A stretch of DNA of 33,721 bases. Source: a virus. Lineage: Duplodnaviria > Caudoviricetes. The position numbers and the translations under genes are program-made. Position 1 is the first letter of the stretch, and every line of letters starts with the position of its first letter. The stretch covers positions 1-33,721 of the IMG/VR virus record IMGVR_UViG_3300032267_001530; one strand, given 5' to 3'. Below the pieces are notes generated by a model that had not been told where the DNA came from, searched no databases, and saw nothing but the letters and a program-made list of their open reading frames with translations. This document shows positions 26,801 through 33,721 of this stretch, piece after piece.

Positions 26801-29800
26801 GTTGGGTTGTATGCTGTGACAATTACATCTGCAAAATTAGCAGCGTCGTAGGCAATAACACCGGTTTGACCAGCTGTCCAGCTCAATCCTGTGCCAACAA
26901 TAATGGCGCCAGAAACATCACCTAAAGCAAAGTCTGGATCAGTACTGGTAGTTAAATATTTATCACTAGCACCAGAAATACCAGAAGTACCAGAGTAGCC
27001 AGAGATACCAGAGAATCCTGATGCACCAGAGTAACCGGAGAAACCGGAGATACCTGAACCACTGTAACCAGATTCGCCGCTGTAACCACTTATGCCAGAT
27101 CCGCTGTAACCGCTGTAACCAGAGAAGCCTGATGTACCAATACCACTGTAACCAGAAAAACCTGACAGACCAGAACCTGAGTAACCAGAGAAACCAGACT
27201 CACCAGAAAAGCCACTGTAACCAGATTCACCAGAGAAGCCTGAGTCACCGCTATAACCAGAGATACCAGACGCTCCAGATTCACCGCTGTAGCCAGAGAA
27301 ACCAGATTGACCATCTGGGCCTACAATTTGACCAGCGCTAAACCAGGATGTGCCATTCCATACATACAAGTCGCCGTCGGCTGTAACAATGTATGCATCG
27401 TTTGGTTGATTGCCAATTAATGGCAAGTCACCTACGGTTGCAACAGTACCTTTGAGGTTAATTGAAGTACCTTGTGCACCGCTGTAACCAGAGTAGCCAG
27501 AGTAACCTGAAGCACCATCAATACCGCTGTAACCAGAAGCACCATCAATACCGCTGTAACCAGAGATACCGGAGAAGCCAGAGTCACCGCTGTAACCAGA
27601 GATGCCGCTGCCGCTGTAACCAGAATAACCTGAGAAGCCAGAGATACCAGAACCGCTGTAACCAGAGAAACCGCTTACGCCAGAGCCGCTGTAACCGGAG
27701 AAACCGCTGTAACCGCTGATACCAGATCCGCTGTAACCAGAGAAACCTGAAAAACCTGAAATACCAGAAGCACCGGATGCGCCAGAGTAGCCAGAGAAGC
27801 CAGAAATGCCTGAATCACCAGAAAAGCCACTGATACCAGAATCACCGCTGTAGCCAGAGATACCAGAATCACCGCTGTAGCCAGAGATACCAGAGTCGCC
27901 GCTGTAACCAGAGATACCAGAAAAACCGGAGATACCGGAGAAGCCGGAGATGCCAGAAGCACCAGAGAAGCCTGATATACCAGATGCACCTGAGAAACCG
28001 CTGTAGCCAGAGATACCAGAGCCGCTGTAGCCAGAGTAGCCAGAGAAACCAGAAACGCCAGAACCAGAGTAACCAGAGAAACCAGAGATGCCAGAACCTG
28101 AGTAACCAGATTCACCGCTGTAACCACTTATGCCAGAGCCACTGTAACCACTGTAGCCAGAGAAGCCTGATGTGCCACTGTAACCTGAGAAACCTGAAAT
28201 GCCTGAAAAGCCGCTGTAACCAGAGATACCAGAATGACCAGAGAAGCCAGAAATACCTGAGAATCCGCTGTAGCCAGAGATACCAGAGTCACCTGAAAAA
28301 CCGCTGATACCAGAGTCGCCACTGTAGCCAGAGATACCAGAATCACCAGAGAAACCAGAGAAGCCAGAAATACCAGAAGCTCCAGATTCACCTGAGAAGC
28401 CACTATAACCACTTACACCAGATCCGCTGTAACCGCTGTAGCCTGAGAAGCCAGAGATACCAGATCCACTGTAACCAGAGAAACCGCTAATACCAGATCC
28501 GCTATAGCCAGACTCACCGCTGTAACCACTGACACCCGATCCGCTGTAACCACTGTAGCCAGAGAAGCCTGAGATACCAGAGTCGCCAGAGAAGCCAGAA
28601 ATGCCTGAGAAGCCACTGTAACCAGAGATACCAGAATGGCCAGAGAAACCAGAAATACCAGAGAAACCGCTGTAGCCAGAGATACCAGAGTCACCAGAGA
28701 AACCACTAATGCCAGAATCACCACTGTAACCAGAGATACCAGAGTCGCCAGAGAAACCAGAGAAGCCAGAAATACCAGAGGCTCCAGATTCACCAGAGAA
28801 ACCACTGTAGCCAGAGATACCAGATCCACTGTAGCCAGAGTAGCCAGAGAAACCGCTGATACCAGAACCAGAATAGCCAGAGAAACCGCTAATACCAGAG
28901 CCGCTGTAACCAGATTCACCGCTGTAGCCGCTTACGCCAGATCCGCTGTAACCACTATAGCCTGAGAAGCCAGAGATGCCAGAGTCACCAGAGAATCCAG
29001 ATTCACCTGAGAAACCACTGTAACCAGAAATACCAGAGTGTCCAGAGAAACCTGAGATACCTGAGAATCCACTGTAGCCAGAAATACCTGAATCACCAGA
29101 GAAGCCTGAAATACCAGAGTCGCCACTGTAGCCAGAGATACCTGAATCGCCAGAGAAACCAGAGAAGCCTGAGATACCTGAATGACCAGAGAAACCAGAT
29201 TCACCAGAGAATCCACTGTAACCAGAGATACCAGAGCCGCTGTAGCCAGAATAACCGGAGAAGCCCGATACACCAGAGCCAGAGTAACCAGAGAAACCAG
29301 AGATACCGCTACCGCTGTAACCAGATTCGCCACTATAACCAGAGATACCAGATCCGCTGTAACCACTATAGCCAGAGAAGCCAGAGATACCGCTATCACC
29401 AGAGAAACCTGAGATACCAGAGTCGCCGCTGTAACCAGAAATACCTGAGTCACCAGAGAAACCAGAGATACCAGAAAAACCGCTGTATCCAGAAATGCCT
29501 GAATCGCCAGAGAAACCGGAAATACCGCTGTCACCAGAGAAGCCAGAAATACCAGAGAAGCCGGAGTCGCCAGAGAAGCCACTAAAACCGCTTATGCCAG
29601 AGTCGCCTGAAAATCCACTGTAACCAGAAATACCAGAGCCGCTGTAACCAGAGTAACCTGAGAAGCCAGAGATGCCAGAACCGCTGTAACCAGAGTAACC
29701 AGAGTCACCGCTTCCAGAATAGCCTGAGAAGCCACTATAACCGCTGTCACCGCTTCCGCTATAACCAGAATAGCCTGAGAAGCCAGAAAGTCCAGAATCG

Positions 29801-32800
29801 CCTGAGAAGCCGCTAATGCCGCTAAAACCACTATAACCAGAGATACCAGAATGGCCAGAGAAACCAGAAATGCCTGAGAAGCCGCTGTAACCAGAAATAC
29901 CGCTGTCACCAGAAAAACCAGAGATACCAGAATCACCACTGTAACCAGAAATACCCGAGTCACCTGAGAAACCACTGTATCCAGAGAATCCAGAGCGACC
30001 AGAGAAACCAGAAATACCAGAATCGCCAGAGAAACCACTGTAACCAGAAATACCAGATCCGCTGTAGCCAGAGTAACCAGAGAAACCTGAAGTTCCTACT
30101 TCACCACTGTAACCAGAAAAACCTGATAGGCCAGATCCACTGTAACCAGAGAATCCAGACTCACCGCTGTAACCAGAATCGCCTGAGAAACCAGAGATAC
30201 CAGAATCGCCACTGTAACCAGAAATACCTGAGTCACCACTGTAACCAGAAATACCTGAGTCGCCTGAGAAACCAGAAATACCAGAGTCACCAGAGTAACC
30301 GCTGTAACCAGAATCACCAGATCCACTGTAACCAGAATAACCAGAGAAGCCAGATGTGCCTATGCCGCTGTAGCCAGAGAATCCTGATAAACCACTACCA
30401 GAATAGCCAGAGAAGCCGCTGTAACCAGAATCACCGCTGCCACTGTAACCAGAATAGCCAGAGAATCCAGAAGTTCCTACTTCACCGCTGTAACCAGAAA
30501 TACCTGAGTCGCCAGAAAAACCTGAAATGCCAGAATCGCCGCTGTAGCCAGAGATACCAGATTCACCACTGTAACCACTGATGCCAGAGTAACCAGAAAT
30601 ACCTGAGTAGCCAGAGAAACCGCTGGCACCAGAAAAGCCTGATTCACCACTGTAACCACTGTAGCCAGAGTCACCAGATCCGCTGTAACCAGAGATACCA
30701 GATTCACCGCTGTAACCAGATATACCGGAGTCGCCAGAGAAACCTGAGTCACCACTGTAACCGCTAGTACCAGAATAGCCAGAGAAGCCGCTGTAACCTG
30801 ATGTACCAGAGCCACCGCCTTGACCGTCTTGACCGCTAAAACCGCTGTAACCAGAGAATCCAGATAAACCGTTTTGACCGCTGTAACCAGACAAGCCATC
30901 TTGTCCGCTGTAGCCAGAAGCGCCGTCTTGTCCAGAATAACCAGACTCACCACTTAAACCATCTTGACCGCTGTAACCAGAGAAACCTGATGCACCATTT
31001 TGACCAGAGAAACCTGAAATACCAGACGCTCCGTTTTGACCAGAGAAACCTGAAATACCAGAAGCACCATCTTGTCCAGAATAACCTGAAATACCAGACG
31101 CACCATCTTGACCGCTGTAACCAGATAGGCCATCTTGTCCAGAGTAACCAGAGAAGCCTGATTCGCCGTTTTGTCCAGAGTAACCAGATTCACCAGATGC
31201 TCCGTCGATACCGCTGTAACCAGAAAAACCACTTAAACCATCTTGACCAGAATAGCCTGATTCGCCAGACAAGCCATCTTGTCCAGAGTAACCAGAGAAT
31301 CCTGATTCACCATTTTGTCCTGAGAATCCAGAAGCGCCATCTTGTCCTGAGAAACCAGAAATACCAGATGCGCCATCTTGACCTGAAAAGCCAGAGATAC
31401 CAGATGCACCATCTTGACCGCTATAACCAGATTGACCATCTTGACCGCTGTAACCAGACTCGCCAGAGATTCCGTCTTGTCCTGAGTAACCAGATAAACC
31501 AGACGCGCCATCTTGACCTGAGAAACCACTTAAACCATCTTGACCACTGTAGCCAGAGAAGCCTGATTCACCATTTTGACCAGAGAAGCCTGAAATACCA
31601 GAGGCACCATCTTGACCGCTATAGCCAGACTCACCAGACAAACCATTTTGTCCGCTGTAACCAGAGAAGCCGCTAATACCAGAGTGACCAGAGATACCAG
31701 AGCCACTGTAACCAGAGATACCAGAAAAGCCTGAAATACCACTGTCACCAGAGAAACCAGAAATACCAGAGTCGCCAGAGAATCCGCTATAACCAGAGAT
31801 ACCAGAATCGCCAGAGAAACCTGAGAAGCCGCTGTAACCACTAGCGCCATCAGGACCGACAATTGGACCTACGTTGGTCCATGCTGCGCCAGTCCATACA
31901 TACAAGTCACCATTAGATTGAACAATGTATGCGTCGTTTAAATTGCCGGTAGGAGGCAAATCACCTGGAGTTGCAACGGTACCAATAATGTTAATTGATG
32001 TACCTTGCGCGCCACTGATACCAGAAAAACCGCTGTAGCCAGAAATACCAGAGTCGCCAGAAAAACCGCTGATACCAGAGTCGCCAGAAAAACCAGAAAT
32101 ACCAGAGTCACCACTGTAACCAGAGATACCTGAGTCACCTGAGAAACCACTGTAACCAGAGATACCGCTGTCACCAGAGAATCCTGAGAAGCCAGATAAA
32201 CCATCTTGACCTGAATAACCTGATTCACCAGACAAACCATTTTGTCCAGAGAAACCTGAAATACCAGACGCGCCGTCTTGACCGCTGTAACCAGAGTCAC
32301 CTGACAAGCCATCTTGTCCACTGTAACCACTTAAACCATCTTGACCTGAAAAACCAGAGAAACCTGACAAACCATTTTGTCCGCTATAACCTGATTCACC
32401 AGATAAACCATCTTGTCCGCTATAACCTGATTCACCGTTTTGTCCAGAGAAACCAGAAATACCAGAAGCGCCATCTTGACCAGAAAAGCCTGAGATACCA
32501 GATGCGCCATCTTGACCTGAGAAACCAGATGCGCCATCTTGACCGCTGTAACCAGACTGACCGCTTAAACCATCTTGACCGCTGTAACCTGATTCACCAG
32601 ATAAACCATCTTGTCCAGAGTAACCAGACAATCCTGAAACGCCATCAATACCGCTGTAACCAGAAAAACCAGACAAGCCATCTTGTCCGCTGTAACCAGA
32701 TTGACCACTTAAACCATCTTGACCGCTGTAACCTGATTCACCGTTTTGTCCGGAGAAACCAGAAATACCAGATGCGCCATCTTGTCCTGAAAAACCAGAG

Positions 32801-33678
32801 ATACCAGATGCTCCATCTTGACCACTGTAACCAGAGATACCAGAGGCACCATCTTGACCAGAGTAACCAGATTGACCACTTAAACCATCTTGACCGCTGT
32901 AACCTGACTCACCAGAAATACCATTTTGTCCAGAATAACCTGATGTACCATCTTGACCGCTGTAACCAGACAAGCCATCTTGTCCAGAATAGCCAGAGAA
33001 GCCTGACTCACCATTTTGTCCAGATTCACCACTGTATCCAGAATAACCAGAAGCAGAAGCTGCACCAGGTGCGCCGCTATAACCAGAAAAACCTGAGAAA
33101 CCAGAGTCACCAGATATGCCATCTTGACCGCTGTAACCAGAGTCGCCTGAAACGCCATCTTGACCAGAATAGCCAGAAAAACCTGATTGACCGTCTTGGC
33201 CACTGTAGCCTGATTGGCCATCTTGTCCAGAATAACCAGATTCACCGCTGTATCCAGAGTAACCCGATGCAGAAGCTTGACCATCTTGTCCAGAGTAGCC
33301 AGAAAAACCTGAAAAACCAGATGCGCCGTCTTGACCACTGTAACCAGAGTCACCAGATGCACCATCTTGACCAGAATAGCCAGAGAAACCTGAGTATCCA
33401 GAAACGCCAGACGTGCCACTACCGCCACCTGTTGGTGGTTGTAAAGATAAATTGCCAGCACCATCGGTGGTCATTACATAACCAGATGTGCCGTCAGTTG
33501 TTGGGTACACTAACCCAGTAATTGTAATTGCTGTTCCCGCTGTTAATACAGCGTTAACTATATTGTTTGGTGTTGCTTTGGTAGTCGTCGTACCATTGTC
33601 TGACACAAGAGGCAATACATCATTATCCGGTGCAACTGTCGTTACCGGAGGCAATTGTGTTATTTTTATATCTGCCAT
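23860..33678 (-). CDS. Giant (Ser-Gly-X)n repeat fibre protein, 3272 aa
   Basis: Uninterrupted ORF with phage-fibre-type N-terminal motifs (MADIKITQLP; YPTTDGTSGYVMTTDGAGNLS), three embedded globular domains and a C-terminal GIKGGTF. Synonymous variation among repeats indicates protein-level selection. Confidence 0.9.
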   Translation of the reverse strand: MADIKITQLPPVTTVAPDNDVLPLVSDNGTTTTKATPNNIVNAVLTAGTAITITGLVYPTTDGTSGYVMTTDGAGNLSLQPPTGGGSGTSGVSGYSGFSGYSGQDGASGDSGYSGQDGASGFSGFSGYSGQDGQASASGYSGYSGESGYSGQDGQSGYSGQDGQSGFSGYSGQDGVSGDSGYSGQDGISGDSGFSGFSGYSGAPGAASASGYSGYSGESGQNGESGFSGYSGQDGLSGYSGQDGTSGYSGQNGISGESGYSGQDGLSGQSGYSGQDGASGISGYSGQDGASGISGFSGQDGASGISGFSGQNGESGYSGQDGLSGQSGYSGQDGLSGFSGYSGIDGVSGLSGYSGQDGLSGESGYSGQDGLSGQSGYSGQDGASGFSGQDGASGISGFSGQDGASGISGFSGQNGESGYSGQDGLSGESGYSGQNGLSGFSGFSGQDGLSGYSGQDGLSGDSGYSGQDGASGISGFSGQNGLSGESGYSGQDGLSGFSGFSGDSGISGYSGFSGDSGISGYSGDSGISGFSGDSGISGFSGDSGISGYSGFSGISGAQGTSINIIGTVATPGDLPPTGNLNDAYIVQSNGDLYVWTGAAWTNVGPIVGPDGASGYSGFSGFSGDSGISGYSGFSGDSGISGFSGDSGISGFSGISGYSGSGISGHSGISGFSGYSGQNGLSGESGYSGQDGASGISGFSGQNGESGFSGYSGQDGLSGFSGQDGASGLSGYSGQDGISGESGYSGQDGQSGYSGQDGASGISGFSGQDGASGISGFSGQDGASGFSGQNGESGFSGYSGQDGLSGESGYSGQDGLSGFSGYSGIDGASGESGYSGQNGESGFSGYSGQDGLSGYSGQDGASGISGYSGQDGASGISGFSGQNGASGISGFSGQNGASGFSGYSGQDGLSGESGYSGQDGASGYSGQDGLSGYSGQNGLSGFSGYSGFSGQDGQGGGSGTSGYSGFSGYSGTSGYSGDSGFSGDSGISGYSGESGISGYSGSGDSGYSGYSGESGFSGASGFSGYSGISGYSGISGYSGESGISGYSGDSGISGFSGDSGISGYSGEVGTSGFSGYSGYSGSGDSGYSGFSGYSGSGLSGFSGYSGIGTSGFSGYSGYSGSGDSGYSGYSGDSGISGFSGDSGISGYSGDSGISGYSGDSGISGFSGDSGYSGESGFSGYSGSGLSGFSGYSGEVGTSGFSGYSGYSGSGISGYSGFSGDSGISGFSGRSGFSGYSGFSGDSGISGYSGDSGISGFSGDSGISGYSGFSGISGFSGHSGISGYSGFSGISGFSGDSGLSGFSGYSGYSGSGDSGYSGFSGYSGSGDSGYSGYSGSGISGFSGYSGYSGSGISGYSGFSGDSGISGFSGFSGDSGFSGISGFSGDSGISGFSGDSGISGYSGFSGISGFSGDSGISGYSGDSGISGFSGDSGISGFSGYSGYSGSGISGYSGESGYSGSGISGFSGYSGSGVSGFSGYSGYSGSGISGYSGFSGESGFSGHSGISGFSGFSGDSGISGYSGDSGISGFSGDSGISGYSGFSGISGFSGHSGISGYSGFSGESGFSGDSGISGFSGYSGYSGSGVSGYSGESGYSGSGISGFSGYSGSGISGFSGYSGYSGSGISGYSGFSGESGASGISGFSGFSGDSGISGYSGDSGISGFSGDSGISGYSGFSGISGFSGHSGISGYSGFSGISGFSGDSGISGFSGYSGYSGSGVSGYSGESGYSGSGISGFSGYSGSGISGFSGYSGYSGSGVSGYSGFSGESGASGISGFSGFSGDSGISGYSGDSGISGFSGDSGISGYSGFSGISGFSGHSGISGYSGFSGISGFSGYSGTSGFSGYSGYSGSGISGYSGESGYSGSGISGFSGYSGSGVSGFSGYSGYSGSGISGYSGFSGASGISGFSGASGISGFSGISGFSGISGYSGDSGISGYSGDSGISGYSGDSGISGFSGDSGISGFSGYSGASGASGISGFSGFSGYSGSGISGYSGFSGYSGSGVSGFSGYSGSGISGFSGYSGYSGSGISGYSGDSGFSGISGYSGIDGASGYSGIDGASGYSGYSGYSGAQGTSINLKGTVATVGDLPLIGNQPNDAYIVTADGDLYVWNGTSWFSAGQIVGPDGQSGFSGYSGESGASGISGYSGDSGFSGESGYSGFSGESGFSGYSGSGLSGFSGYSGIGTSGFSGYSGYSGSGISGYSGESGYSGSGISGFSGYSGASGFSGISGYSGTSGISGASDKYLTTSTDPDFALGDVSGAIIVGTGLSWTAGQTGVIAYDAANFADVIVTAYNPTTGLFSFNVTRYNGMGTYPWTINLQGPNGLPGAGGLSGYSGFSGISGYSGFSGISGYSGFSGISGFSGASGISGFSGTSGFSGYSGSGLSGFSGYSGSGVSGFSGYSGYSGSGISGYSGESGYSGSGISGFSGYSGEVGISGYSGFSGISGFSGDSGISGYSGFSGESGFSGASGISGYSGRSGFSGASGISGYSGFSGFSGDSGFSGFSGESGFSGYSGSGISGFSGYSGSGVSGFSGYSGYSGSGISGYSGESGYSGSGISGFSGYSGEVGTSGYSGFSGISGFSGDSGISGYSGFSGESGFSGASGISGYSGRSGFSGASGISGYSGFSGFSGDSGFSGFSGESGFSGYSGSGLSGFSGYSGSGVSGFSGYSGYSGSGISGYSGESGYSGSGISGFSGYSGHSGISGYSGFSGISGFSGDSGISGYSGFSGESGFSGASGISGYSGRSGFSGASGISGYSGFSGISGFSGDSGISGHSGDSGFSGYSGSGISGFSGYSGSGISGFSGYSGYSGSGISGYSGQSGYSGSGISGFSGYSGMSGISGYSGHSGDSGFSGFSGHSGISGYSGFSGESGFSGFSGRSGYSGASGISGFSGYSGDSGFSGDSGISGFSGDSGFSGFSGYSGSGLSGFSGYSGSGVSGFSGTSGYSGSGVSGFSGFSGYSGSGLSGFSGYSGSGISGYSGYSGDSGISGFSGISGYSGFSGDSGFSGISGFSGYSGRSGFSGASGISGYSGISGYSGFSGDSGISGYSGASGISGFSGYSGSGISGFSGYSGSGISGFSGYSGYSGSGISGYSGFSGTSGYSGSGISGFSGASGISGYSGTSGYSGLNGTGGTSGFSGYSGTNGASGISGYSGSGLSGFSGYSGSGISGFSGYSGYSGSGLSGYSGFSGYSGSGLSGFSGYSGSGVSGFSGASGISGYSGVAPTTVSVSNTTAATTYPTLVTGLTGSQSVYTNSGLVYNATNGAITSGIKGGTF
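24025..33420 (-). repeat. Degenerate 9-bp tandem repeat array (TCN/AGY-GGN-NNN) encoding SGX, with a 402-nt higher-order period in two blocks
   Basis: Visible throughout. Marker His codons at 29038/28636/28234 and Arg codons at 26257/25855/25453/25051 are each exactly 402 nt apart. Confidence 0.95.
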
Positions 33679-33679
33679 A

Positions 33680-33721
33680 TTAATTTGTCACCAATAAGTC
33701 GTTATTTTGGGTGGCAATTTG
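33680..33721 (-). CDS. 3' end of an upstream gene, truncated by the window edge
   Basis: Reads ...QIATQNNDLLVTN* and stops 1 nt before the ATG of the giant gene. Confidence 0.5.
   Translation of the reverse strand, partial: QIATQNNDLLVTN

Noticed and set aside
24025-33420. Possible CRISPR array or non-coding satellite
   Set aside because: There is no constant repeat with unique spacers. The region is one open frame with third-position variation, i.e. coding.
23892-33521. Numerous long alternative-frame and antisense ORFs (LVSLVT..., RCNQR..., TRETR...) within the giant gene
   Set aside because: They are by-products of the 9-bp SGX periodicity, which rarely generates stops in other frames. 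Variation is synonymous only in the SGX frame, and no RBSs are evident.
23860-33678. Ice-nucleation protein (InaZ) or canonical collagen call
   Set aside because: It lacks the AGYGSTxT 8/16/48-residue repeat of InaZ, and the repeat tracts lack the Pro/charged G-X-Y content of typical phage collagens.

Overview
This is a fragment of a tailed dsDNA phage genome with a podovirus-like (P22/T7-type) gene order and no tape measure gene. The + strand (1-2199) holds the end of a replication module: the C-terminus of a class II ribonucleotide reductase, a UUCG terminator, and a family A DNA polymerase. The - strand carries a long, tightly coupled late region. Read from the right, it contains a 3272-aa protein built almost entirely of Ser-Gly-X triplets, then three glycosyl/methyltransferase genes with their own extended -10 promoter, a 958-aa beta-roll tail fibre with an S74 chaperone, a lysis module, two adaptor-like proteins, a nozzle/stabilisation protein, and putative ejection proteins including a lytic transglycosylase. 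The most striking observation is the giant (SGX)n protein, whose repeat tracts are Pro-free and contain an exact 402-nt (134-aa) super-repeat and embedded fibre-knob domains, sitting directly next to a glycosylation cassette. This is a candidate phage-encoded glycosylated fibre system. Also notable are a bipartite late-promoter motif present twice, a [FMYL]xxGG motif shared by several internal-virion-type proteins, a GT9 enzyme split over two genes, and unusual active-site residues in the PolA. All calls come from motif recognition by eye; no database searches were run.
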